NCBI GenBank assembly: GCA_964418365.1
Contig: CAYQLM010000003.1
Coordinates: forward strand, 150 to 64,149
Origin: an uncultured Dehalococcoidia bacterium
Lineage (GTDB): Bacteria > Chloroflexota > Dehalococcoidia > DSTF01 > RBG-16-68-14
Length of the DNA stretch: 64,000 nucleotides
Direction of reading: 5' to 3'
Shown here in pieces: positions 9,646-18,103 of this stretch. Position numbers and translations under genes: made by a program. The notes below the pieces were generated by a model. The model searched no databases. It was not told the origin of the DNA and saw only the letters and a program-made list of their open reading frames with translations. Position 1 is the stretch's first letter, and the number at the start of each line of letters is the position of its first letter.

Positions 9646-9730
9646 CTCGGTTCGGCTCCCCCAGAGATCTAACGCGAGGGGGCCGCTCAGATGAACGGTA
9701 GCGGCCGGAAGCCCCGCCCGGCAACGGGTG

Positions 9731-10759
9731 CTACTGGTTCGCCGCGGGCGCCACGTCCGCTGACCTGCCTTCAGCGACAGCCAGGACTGCCTGCGCCAGC
9801 CGCTCCGGGTCGTGGCGGAGGTATGTCCCTGCGCTGGCGAGCGGCAGGCTGACGACGTGCGGGACCAGCCGGCGGCACTCCTCCAGGTCCGCCTCGACGA
9901 CGAAGGAACCCTCGGACTCATAGCGCTGCTGCACGCGTGGCGGCACCGGCGCCGAGTTGATCAGTACCGTATCGAGCGCGTCCTCCGCGCCCAGATACTC
10001 CCGCACGACGCGCACGAAGTCCGACGCCGCGAAGCCGTCCGATTCGCCGCGCTTGGTCGCCAAGTTGCACACGAAGACTTTGCGCCCCTTCGACGTGCGC
10101 ACGGCCTCCGGCACGCCATCGACAGCCAGGTTCGCGACGATGCTCGTGTACAGATCGCCCGGGCCGAAGACGACGACGTCCGCCTCGCGGATCGCCTGCG
10201 CGGCAGCGGGGTTCACGTACGCATGCGGATCGAGGTACACGTAATCGATCGGCACATCCACCTTCTCGCGCCGCACATCGAGCCGGTCCTCGCCCACGAT
10301 CACCGTGCCGTCGGTGAGGCGCGCGCAGAGGTCTGTCTTCGAGAGCGTCACCGGCAGCACTCGCCCGCGGATGCCGAGGATGTTGCCCGCCTCCTCGATT
10401 GCGCGGTCGATGCTGCCCGTGATCTCGACAAGTGCGGTGATGAACAAGTTGCCGAAGCTGTGGCCGTTCAGGCCGGAGCCTTTGGCGAAGCGGTAGCCGA
10501 AGAGCTGTCGCAGCAGCAGCGTCGCGTGCTCTTCAGGCGCGAGAGCCGCTAGGCACTGGCGGATGTCGCCCGGAGGCAGATGACCGAACTCGTCGCGCAG
10601 GCGGCCGGAGCTGCCACCGCGATCGGTCATCGCGACCACCGCGGTGATGTCGACCTCGTGCCGCTTGAGGCCGGTGAGGATAATGTGCGAGCCTGTCCCG
10701 CCGCCGATGACGACGATCTTCGGCTTCGTCGTGCGCAGATCGCGAGGGCCGGACGGCAT
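9731..10759 (-). CDS. yvcK: Gluconeogenesis factor / UPF0052 family protein (YvcK/CofD-like)
   Basis: 342 aa. KIVVIGGGTGSHIILTGLK...DITAVVAMTDRGGSSGRLR is the YvcK/CofD signature. Confidence 0.85.
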   Translation of the reverse strand: MPSGPRDLRTTKPKIVVIGGGTGSHIILTGLKRHEVDITAVVAMTDRGGSSGRLRDEFGHLPPGDIRQCLAALAPEEHATLLLRQLFGYRFAKGSGLNGHSFGNLFITALVEITGSIDRAIEEAGNILGIRGRVLPVTLSKTDLCARLTDGTVIVGEDRLDVRREKVDVPIDYVYLDPHAYVNPAAAQAIREADVVVFGPGDLYTSIVANLAVDGVPEAVRTSKGRKVFVCNLATKRGESDGFAASDFVRVVREYLGAEDALDTVLINSAPVPPRVQQRYESEGSFVVEADLEECRRLVPHVVSLPLASAGTYLRHDPERLAQAVLAVAEGRSADVAPAANQ

Positions 10760-10771
10760 GTGAGGCCCTGC

Positions 10772-12058
10772 CTACACGCCGAAGACGCGCTCTGCGTCCG
10801 GGCGGAGGCGGCCTGTAGGATCGAGGATGACGCGCGCGTGGCGAGCGACGAGGTCGAGATCGATCGCCTTGTGGGGACAGAGCAGGATCGCCGCGTCCAC
10901 GCTGCTGAGTAGCCGTGCGTCGAGCGGCTGCGATTGCAGTGTCTCCCCATCGATTGTCAGAGACGGCACGTGCGGGTCGTGGTAGAGCACGCGCGCGCCG
11001 GAACCCAGCAGCTCCGCTGCGACCGCGAACGCGACGGAGCCGCGCGTGTCATCGATGTTGGGCTTGTACGCAACGCCGAGCAGCAGCACGGCGGGCGAGG
11101 TCTTGTCGCCCAAGAGCGACAGCGCGCGCTGCGCTACGCGGCGCGGGAGCGCATCGTTCAGCTCTATCGCCGCGGCCGTGACCGGGAGCTCCGCGCCGGC
11201 GCGCTCCGCGGCCCACGCAAGGTAATGCGGCGCCATCGGGATGCAGCGCCCCCCGACGCCCGGGCCGGGCCGGTGTGCCATGAACGCGAACGGCTTCGTG
11301 CTCGCCGCGTCGATCACCTCTTGCACATCGAGGCCCATCGCGCCGCACATCACGGCCAGCTCGTTCGCCAGGCTGATGTTGACGAACCGGAACGTGTTCT
11401 CGAAGACCTTCGCCAGCTCGGCGATCTCCGGACTGGAAACCGCGTGCACCTGCGGCGCGACGAAGCGGTACAGCTCGGACGCGACGGCGGCGCACTGCGG
11501 CGTGATGCCACCGACGAGCTTCGGGATCGATTCCACCGGGTGGGCTGTGCTGCCCGGGTCGATGCGCTCCGGCGAGAAGGCAAGGAAGAAGTCGCGTCCC
11601 GCACACAAGCCCGACGCCTCGAGCGCCGGCAGAACGACATCGCGTGTGGTGCCGGGCGGGACGGTGCTTTCGAGCACGACGAGCATGCCCGGGTGCAGGT
11701 TCCGGCCGATGTCGCGCGCGGCGTCCGCGACGGCGCTCACGTCGGGAGTGCCGTCCGGCTGGTAGCTCGTCGGAGCGGCGATGATGACGCAGTCGGCCTC
11801 ACTGAGGCTTTCGAAGCGATCACTGAGCTTCCAAAACTGGTCAATGTCCGCCGGCCGCGTGCCGTTCGAGAGCGCTGCCACACACTCAGAGCTGACATCG
11901 ATGCCCAGGACCCGAAAGCCGGCGCGCATGAAGACGGCGGCCTGCGCCAGGCCGACGACGCCAAGTCCCACCACCGCGACCGTCGCCTCGCGGCTTCGGA
12001 TGCGGAACGAAACACTATCCGCTGAGACGGTAAGCGTCCCCACGTGTACCCTCAGCAA
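10772..12058 (-). CDS. Nucleotide-sugar dehydrogenase (UDP-N-acetyl-D-mannosamine/glucosamine dehydrogenase, WecC/WbpA-like)
   Basis: N-terminal Rossmann VAVVGLGVVGL; central FENTFRFVNISLANELAVMC; catalytic Cys region GVGGRCIP; C-terminal UDP-binding domain. Start is uncertain: the ORF begins at TTG 12058, with an alternative GTG 15 nt downstream. Confidence 0.8.
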   Translation of the reverse strand: MLRVHVGTLTVSADSVSFRIRSREATVAVVGLGVVGLAQAAVFMRAGFRVLGIDVSSECVAALSNGTRPADIDQFWKLSDRFESLSEADCVIIAAPTSYQPDGTPDVSAVADAARDIGRNLHPGMLVVLESTVPPGTTRDVVLPALEASGLCAGRDFFLAFSPERIDPGSTAHPVESIPKLVGGITPQCAAVASELYRFVAPQVHAVSSPEIAELAKVFENTFRFVNISLANELAVMCGAMGLDVQEVIDAASTKPFAFMAHRPGPGVGGRCIPMAPHYLAWAAERAGAELPVTAAAIELNDALPRRVAQRALSLLGDKTSPAVLLLGVAYKPNIDDTRGSVAFAVAAELLGSGARVLYHDPHVPSLTIDGETLQSQPLDARLLSSVDAAILLCPHKAIDLDLVARHARVILDPTGRLRPDAERVFGV

Positions 12059-12097
12059 CCTAACGAGTCGGGTCCCCGCCGTCTTACAAAAGACACA

Positions 12098-12117
12098 CCC
12101 CGCCGCGGACGGCGGGG
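12098..12117 (-). terminator. Perfect 8-bp GC hairpin (ccccgccg-cgga-cggcgggg) followed on the minus strand by UGUGUCUUUUGU; candidate intrinsic terminator/attenuator in the 5' leader of the minus operon
   Basis: Stem and U-rich tract read directly from sequence. A second copy of the left arm (ccccgccg, 12074-12081) could form an alternative pairing. Confidence 0.35.
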
Positions 12118-12133
12118 TTCAGTTCGCGATTCG

Positions 12134-12149
12134 GGGTCAACGTTGACCC
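12134..12149. promoter_or_regulatory. Perfect 16-bp palindrome GGGTCAACGTTGACCC in the divergent intergenic region; candidate operator
   Basis: Exact inverted repeat read from sequence. It lies between divergently oriented glycan operons. Confidence 0.4.
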
Positions 12150-12193
12150 GGAGCAGCCCGTTCTAACATAAGTAGCAGGGCCTGTCAAGCTTC

Positions 12194-12202
12194 TGTTATA
12201 AT
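12194..12202 (+). promoter_or_regulatory. Extended -10 promoter element (TGtTATAAT) for the plus-strand glycosyltransferase operon
   Basis: Perfect TATAAT with the upstream TG dinucleotide, in an unusually AT-rich patch ~150 nt upstream of the ATG at 12355. No canonical -35 at 17-bp spacing. Confidence 0.4.
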
Positions 12203-12354
12203 AGCCTCCCCGCCATCGTTATGGAGTCGGTGGGCACTCCATAGCGAATTTCACTATTCGCGAATCTGGGTCAGGAGGGCCTGGCTGTGTTGTATCTTGA
12301 GCGCCCTGGCCTGGACGCGCCAGAGCGGCCCGTTTTCAAGGCGGAGAACGGATC

Positions 12355-13404
12355 ATGAAGCTTGTCGTCATCATCCCGGCGCTCAACGAAGAACGGTCGC
12401 TGTCCGGCGTCCTCGATCGCATCCCCACGCACATCCCGAGCATCGATGAGATCGAGACTGTCGTCGTCGACGACGGCTCGATAGACGGTACGCCGCGCGT
12501 GGCGCTCGACCACGGCGCGGACGTCATCTCCCACAACACGAACCTCGGCCTCGGACGCGCGTTCGCGAACGGCATCGATGCCGCGCTGCGCCGCGGCGCC
12601 GATGTCATCGTCAACCTCGACGCGGACGGCCAGCACCCGCCCGAGGAGATCGCCAAGCTGATCGAGCCGATCCTTTCGGGCCGCGCCGACTTCGTGACGG
12701 CGACCCGCTTCTCTGACCCGGAGCTGCTCCCGGAGATGCCGGGGCTGAAGCGCTGGGGCAACCTGATGATGGCCAGACTGACCGGCTGGGCCTGCGGCCG
12801 CCCCTTCACCGATGTCGCTTGCGGCTTCCGCGCCTACTCGCGGAGCTGCGCGCTCAAGATCAACATCTTCGGTGCGTACACCTACACACAGGAGACCCTC
12901 GTCGACCTGCATCGCAAGTCGCTCACGATGGAAGAGGTGCCGATCGCGATCCGCGGCGTACGCGAGCACGGCCGATCGCGCATCGCCCACAGCGTGCTGC
13001 GCTACGGCCTGCGCACGTTCACCATCCTGGCGCGCGCCGTGCGTGACAGGCTACCGCTGACCTTCTTCGGCTCGATCGGCATCCTGCTCACACTGCTCGG
13101 CGCAGCGACAGAGATGGTCGTCCTGATCAACTTCATCATCTTCGGGCAAACCAGGCCGTATACCTCGTTCACCATCCTGGGCGCAATCTTCCTCATCTTG
13201 GGCGCGTTCTCCTTCCTCACGGCACTCCTCGCCGACATGCTCGGCCGTGTCCGTGAGACGCAGGAGCAGATTCTCTTCATCGAAAAGCGCCGCTACTACG
13301 ACGACCTCACGCGCGAGCACCTCGCGTTCTCGAGCAACGGCACCCAGGCCGCACCCACCATTACCCCGACGGAGAAGGAGCGGGTTCCGGCAGGACGTCA
13401 ATGA
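12355..13404 (+). CDS. Polyprenol-phosphate sugar synthase (GT2, GtrB/Ppm1-like) with C-terminal TM helices
   Basis: 349 aa. VVIIPALNEE...VVVDDGSIDGT...NLDADGQH, then 2-4 TM helices. Paralogous in architecture to 6343..7509. Confidence 0.8.
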   Translation: MKLVVIIPALNEERSLSGVLDRIPTHIPSIDEIETVVVDDGSIDGTPRVALDHGADVISHNTNLGLGRAFANGIDAALRRGADVIVNLDADGQHPPEEIAKLIEPILSGRADFVTATRFSDPELLPEMPGLKRWGNLMMARLTGWACGRPFTDVACGFRAYSRSCALKINIFGAYTYTQETLVDLHRKSLTMEEVPIAIRGVREHGRSRIAHSVLRYGLRTFTILARAVRDRLPLTFFGSIGILLTLLGAATEMVVLINFIIFGQTRPYTSFTILGAIFLILGAFSFLTALLADMLGRVRETQEQILFIEKRRYYDDLTREHLAFSSNGTQAAPTITPTEKERVPAGRQ

Positions 13405-14648
13405 CCGCCGGTTCCCAGCGTCCTGAAGGCGGCGGCAACGGGGCTGTCCGCGTCACCCTCATCAGCACACTGCCACCGCACAAAGGCGTCGCCGATTACA
13501 CGGCGCATCTCGTCGCCGGCCTCGCGAACACGCCCGGCGTCTCGCTCGAGGTGATCGACTTCGCGAGCCTGTACCCGCGCCGCCTGTACCCCGGCGGCGA
13601 GCTACAGGATTCGACAGCGCGGCGACCGCAGTTCCCCAACGTCCGCGTCCGGACCATGCTGCGCTGGTGGAACCCGTTCTCGTGGCTCTGGGCGGGGCTC
13701 ACGCTCAAGGGGCAGGTCGTTCACGCGCAGTGGTGGAGCTTCATCCTCGCGCCGCAGTACATCGCCGTGCTGTCGCTGGCGCGGCTGCGCCGCCGGCGCG
13801 TCGTCATCACCGTCCACAACGTCGAGCCGCACGAGGCCGGCCGCTGGCAGCGCGTCCTCAACCGCCTCGTGCTGCGCCTGGCCGACACGTACGTCGTCCA
13901 CGACGCGCGCAGCCGCGATCGGCTGACCGAGTTCGTCGCGGCGGCCAAACCCATCGAGGTGATCCCGCACGGCATCCTGGCCTCGTCCGGCGATCGACTT
14001 TCGCTCGCCGGCGCCCGGCGCATGTTGCGCATGGCCGCGGACGACAAGATCGTGCTCTGTTTCGGCAATATCCGGCCCTACAAAGGCGTCGACGTCTTGC
14101 TGCGCGCCTTCGCCCGCGTGCGCGAGGGCGTTCCGGAGGCGCGCCTCGTGATCGCCGGTAAGCCATGGGAGGACTGGTCCCCCTACGAGCGCCTGATCGA
14201 TGAGCTCGATCTCGTTGACGCGGTCGACACGCATCTGGGGTTCGTGCCTGCGACGCAGGTCGGGGCGCTCTTTGCTGCAGCAGACGTTGTGGCGCTGCCC
14301 TACCTTCGCTTCGACGCCCAGAGTGGCGTCGGCGCGCGCGCGCTCTACCACGAGAAGGCGCTCATCGTGACCGATGCCGGTGGTCTGCCGGAGCTCGTCG
14401 CCGACGAACGCGCCATCGTCCCGCCCGGCAACGTCGAGCAGCTCGCGGACGCGCTCGTCGCGGTCCTGACGGACGACGCGCTCCGCGCCAAGCTCGAGGC
14501 CGGCTCCGTTGCGCGCGCCCGCGACCTGAGCTGGGATGCCATCGCTGCGCAGACGGCGCGCCTCTACGCGTCGCTGGCCGATAGGAGCGTCCGTGACGCG
14601 CCGTTGCCGCTGGCCGAGGAGCGGCCGCGACAAGAGGAGCACGTGTAG
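13401..14648 (+). CDS. Family 4 glycosyltransferase (GT-B)
   Basis: 415 aa. C-terminal GT4 domain (KIVLCFGNIRPYKGVDVLLRAF...ALIVTDAGGLPELV). ATGA overlap with the upstream gene. Confidence 0.8.
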   Translation: MTAGSQRPEGGGNGAVRVTLISTLPPHKGVADYTAHLVAGLANTPGVSLEVIDFASLYPRRLYPGGELQDSTARRPQFPNVRVRTMLRWWNPFSWLWAGLTLKGQVVHAQWWSFILAPQYIAVLSLARLRRRRVVITVHNVEPHEAGRWQRVLNRLVLRLADTYVVHDARSRDRLTEFVAAAKPIEVIPHGILASSGDRLSLAGARRMLRMAADDKIVLCFGNIRPYKGVDVLLRAFARVREGVPEARLVIAGKPWEDWSPYERLIDELDLVDAVDTHLGFVPATQVGALFAAADVVALPYLRFDAQSGVGARALYHEKALIVTDAGGLPELVADERAIVPPGNVEQLADALVAVLTDDALRAKLEAGSVARARDLSWDAIAAQTARLYASLADRSVRDAPLPLAEERPRQEEHV

Positions 14649-14660
14649 GAGCACGCTACC

Positions 14661-15785
14661 GTGAAGATCCTCATCGTTTCGCCGCTGGATATCTTCCCGC
14701 CGAATACCGGCGGCATGAGCCGCACATACAACATGGCGAAATACCTCGCGCGACGGCATCACGTCGCGCTGGCATGTCCCCGGCTCGCGTCTCCGGAGGC
14801 GAAGGACCTGCCGATCGACGTGCACGAGCTCGGCGCGCCGGGCCGCAGGCAGTTCATCGACCCGCGCTACGCCGCGCGCCTCCGCTCGGTCGTCCGCGAG
14901 ACGTCGCCCGACGCGATCATCAGCAGCTTCATGTGGCCCATGCTGCCGGTCGCGCTCGCGCGCCTGCCGAAGGCGACGCCGCTCTACCTCGACACGCACA
15001 ATGTGGAGAGCGATCGCTTCCGGCGCGCTGGATCGCGTTGGTGGCGCGTGATGGCGCTATACGAGCGGTTCGCGCTGCGCCTGGCCAAGCGGGTCTTCGT
15101 CGTGTCCGAAGACGACCGCGAGAGGCTGCGCGCGCTGGGCATGCCGGCGAGCAAGGCCGTGCTGGTGCCGAACGGCTACGACGACGAGCGCTTCCGGCCC
15201 GATCCGTCAGCAGCAGCAGCGATGCGCCAAGCGCTCGGGGTGCCCGAGGGCGAGCTGCTCTTCCTTTACTTCGGTCACCTCCAGTACGCGCCCAACATCG
15301 AAGGGCTGGAGGTGCTTCATCGCGAGCTGCTGCCGCGCCTCGACGCGCACGGCGCGCGTTATCGCGTCGTCGTCGCGGGCCGGGGCGCGCAGGAGCTGTC
15401 GGCGCGCATCCAGCATCCGCGTCTGCTGTACGCCGGCCTGGTCGATCGCATCGAGGACGTGGTCAACGCCTCCGACGCGGTGGTCGCGCCGTTGCTGCGC
15501 GGCGGCGGCACGCGCATCAAGATCATCGAGAGCATCGCCTGCGGCCGCCCTGTCGTGAGCACGACCGCCGGCGCCGAGGGCATCGACCGCGAGGCCTGCG
15601 GTGACCTGCTGCGCGTCTTCGATGGGTGGGACGCCTTCGCGTGCGCCATGGTCGCGGTGGCGACGGCACCGTCGCCGAGCGCGCCGCCGGCCGCCTTTCG
15701 CGAAGAGTACGCGTGGAGCGCCATCGTGGAGCGGATGGAATTCGGGGTCGGCCCCGCGTTCGCTTCGGCGGACTCGAGGAGATAG
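14661..15785 (+). CDS. Family 4 glycosyltransferase (GT-B)
   Basis: 374 aa. KILIVSPLDIFPPNTGGMSR N-terminus; GT4 C-terminal domain (LLFLYFGHLQYAPNIEGL...IIESIACGRPVV). GTG start. Confidence 0.8.
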   Translation: MKILIVSPLDIFPPNTGGMSRTYNMAKYLARRHHVALACPRLASPEAKDLPIDVHELGAPGRRQFIDPRYAARLRSVVRETSPDAIISSFMWPMLPVALARLPKATPLYLDTHNVESDRFRRAGSRWWRVMALYERFALRLAKRVFVVSEDDRERLRALGMPASKAVLVPNGYDDERFRPDPSAAAAMRQALGVPEGELLFLYFGHLQYAPNIEGLEVLHRELLPRLDAHGARYRVVVAGRGAQELSARIQHPRLLYAGLVDRIEDVVNASDAVVAPLLRGGGTRIKIIESIACGRPVVSTTAGAEGIDREACGDLLRVFDGWDAFACAMVAVATAPSPSAPPAAFREEYAWSAIVERMEFGVGPAFASADSRR

Positions 15786-15787
15786 CG

Positions 15788-18103
15788 ATGCTCTCCGCAC
15801 GCGTTCGAGACCAGATCCGCGTGACCAGCCGCCGCCTCACCGGCGGGCTCAGCGCCGGCGCCCTGGCTCGGGCGCTCGCCGAGAGGCGCCTCCAAGCGGC
15901 GTTCCTGCTTAGCTTCGTGCTGTATCTCTTGATCAAGGTCATCGATCTGGTGCTGGGACTCCCCGGCGGTCCGCTCTGGGAGCTGACGCTGGTCCCTGCG
16001 TTCGGCTGCGGGTTGGCAATCAGCGTACGTGCGAGTCAGCGATCAGACCCGAGAGAGGGCGCGTTGGGAACCCGCCAGGACTCCCTCGAGCTGCCCGGGT
16101 GGGCCGCACGGCTCGCGCTGGTGCTGCTGCTGGTCTTCACCGCGGTCTTCGTCGAGTTGAACACGCGACCAGTCAGTTCCAGCCCGGACGAATCGGCCGC
16201 GCTGGCCGCTGGCGAGCAGCTCATCCACGGCGGCTCGCTGCGTAGCCAGAGTCCGCTGAACGCGAGATATAACACGAACATCATCGGGAACGCGCATGCC
16301 ATCTACAAGAGCCCGAACGAGGCCTACTACAAGGTGCTGCCAGGCACCGCCCTGCTCATCGCCCCGTTCGCGCTCCTATCACACGACACCACCTTCCGCC
16401 TCGCGACCGGCCTCGTCGCAGTCGCGACCATCGGCGCCATCTGCTGGCTCGGAACGGCGCTCTTACGATCGCGCCTGGGCGGCCTTCTGGCCGGCGCGCT
16501 GTTTGTCACATCGCCGGTATTCGCCCACTGGAGCGCGACGCTCCAGAACAATGTCTTCGTGCTGGCGTTCGAGCTCGGCGCGCTGGCGCTCGTGCTTTGG
16601 GCCGGACGGGAGCGGCCATTGCTGCTCAGCGGCGCGGGCGCGCTGATCGGGCTCGCGGCCTTCGTAAGAATCACGGAGCTCGTCTACATCTTGCCGATGG
16701 TCGCCCTCGTGGTTTGGCGGTATCGTTCGGTGAGGCACGCCGTCGCGTTTTCTCTGCCAGCGGCGGCCGCCATCGCCGCGATCTTCATCACGAACGCGGC
16801 CTATTACGGCGATCCGATTTTCACTCCTTACGCAGGCGCGGGCTACATTTTCCCTCATTCGTTTCGCCTGCCCGCTATCGACATTCAGCAGCGATACGTC
16901 AGCTTCGCGAGCGGCTCATCGCAGTCCTCCACATCGTTCGCTGTCTCAAGCACAGCGCGCCATCTCATCTATCATGTTCACTTTCTGGCTTCGTCGATCT
17001 TTGCGTTTCCCTTCCTGGCTGTAGCCCTGGCCGGGATTGTCTGGCGGCTCGTCGAGCGCCGGCGGAATAGCCTGCTTCTTGCCGCCGCGGTTGCCGCCGC
17101 AGCCGCGATTGTGCTGCTCATCTACGGACGGCAAGCGAATAACTACGTCGATTACGGCCAAGCTGTCGTACGCAACTCCTTCATTCGCTACTCGTTGCCG
17201 GTGTACAGTCTGCTTGCGATCGCCGCGGCGGGCTTCCTGCTGGAGGCGGCACAGCAAGTTTGGGAGAGGACTGCCAAGCTGTTCTTCGTCGTTGGCCTGG
17301 CAGCCGCCGCCATGACTGTCGGCGTCGGGCAGTCGTATGACTGGACACACTACGGTTTGAACCGTCTCAACGAGTATCGCGAGCAGGACGGGGCCGCATG
17401 GGCCGGCATCGCTCACTACTTGGACACGCGACCCGCGACGCCACTTCTCATCGGCGGCGCCAGCTCCGAAAAGCTGGTCAACGACAAGTACCACGCCTAC
17501 TTCATCGATTATCACTCGCTGCCGGCCTTCGGCTACGCGCTGATCCCCGCCGTAGCGCAAAAGGCCGCACCGGAACGTGAGGTGTACGTTATCCTCTCGG
17601 ACGGCAGTCCGTCTGACCGGCAGTTCCAGAACGCGATCTACCTCCAATACCGGCCTCAAGCAGTGCTCCACACAGGCGTGTACCGAGTTGAGCGCCTATC
17701 GCTGGCTCCAGCGATGTACACGCTCACATACGTAGACGTCTGGAACACCTACGCAGCGATCGATCGCTGGGCGGTGACCCCGGACGGCATGCTGCAGGCC
17801 GCCTTGCGCAACGCCTACATCCAGCTCCCTCCGGTGGACGCTGATGGCGACGGCCGTGTCGATCAGGACTTGACGGTCCTGCTCGAGGTGCAGGACACCG
17901 GCCCGGCCAAGGGCGCGATCTACGGGATCGATTCGCGCACAAACGAGCCGGTCGCACTCTGGCAAGCGCTGCTGCACCAGACGCCCGACTGGCTCACTGT
18001 GACGGTGACCCTACACCAAGGCGACTACCTGACCGACCAGCTCACTCCCGCCCCGGGCCTCACCTTCAGAGCGATAGGAATCGCCGCGGCGGGCTCGCAG
18101 TAA
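15788..18103 (+). CDS. GT-C-fold polytopic membrane glycosyltransferase candidate (paralog 1 of tandem pair)
   Basis: 771 aa from ATG 15788, with a GAGGAG RBS. ~11 TM helices, then a ~250-aa C-terminal soluble domain. Loop-1 motif SSPDESAALAAGEQLIHGGSLR. Collinear similarity to 18103..20001 (VLPGTALLIAPFALL/VFPGTALSYAPFAQL, FVRITELVYILPMVALVVWRYRS/FMRVTEFIFVPPMLFLVWWRCRS, GVGQSYDWTHYGLNRLNEYREQD/GVAQSYDWHVYGFNRLNYAREHD). Confidence 0.55.
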   Translation: MLSARVRDQIRVTSRRLTGGLSAGALARALAERRLQAAFLLSFVLYLLIKVIDLVLGLPGGPLWELTLVPAFGCGLAISVRASQRSDPREGALGTRQDSLELPGWAARLALVLLLVFTAVFVELNTRPVSSSPDESAALAAGEQLIHGGSLRSQSPLNARYNTNIIGNAHAIYKSPNEAYYKVLPGTALLIAPFALLSHDTTFRLATGLVAVATIGAICWLGTALLRSRLGGLLAGALFVTSPVFAHWSATLQNNVFVLAFELGALALVLWAGRERPLLLSGAGALIGLAAFVRITELVYILPMVALVVWRYRSVRHAVAFSLPAAAAIAAIFITNAAYYGDPIFTPYAGAGYIFPHSFRLPAIDIQQRYVSFASGSSQSSTSFAVSSTARHLIYHVHFLASSIFAFPFLAVALAGIVWRLVERRRNSLLLAAAVAAAAAIVLLIYGRQANNYVDYGQAVVRNSFIRYSLPVYSLLAIAAAGFLLEAAQQVWERTAKLFFVVGLAAAAMTVGVGQSYDWTHYGLNRLNEYREQDGAAWAGIAHYLDTRPATPLLIGGASSEKLVNDKYHAYFIDYHSLPAFGYALIPAVAQKAAPEREVYVILSDGSPSDRQFQNAIYLQYRPQAVLHTGVYRVERLSLAPAMYTLTYVDVWNTYAAIDRWAVTPDGMLQAALRNAYIQLPPVDADGDGRVDQDLTVLLEVQDTGPAKGAIYGIDSRTNEPVALWQALLHQTPDWLTVTVTLHQGDYLTDQLTPAPGLTFRAIGIAAAGSQ

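Noticed and set aside
8110-9672. 520-aa forward ORF rich in R/E/D/Q (MDGVRPDDRGRRH...) overlapping the membrane protein gene
   Set aside because: It is the antisense of a high-GC membrane protein gene. Its low-complexity Arg/Glu composition and lack of motifs are typical of GC-rich shadow ORFs. The same applies to 1834..2649, 18175..19245, 39211..40110, 46434..47984, 47863..49071, 48701..49855 and similar.
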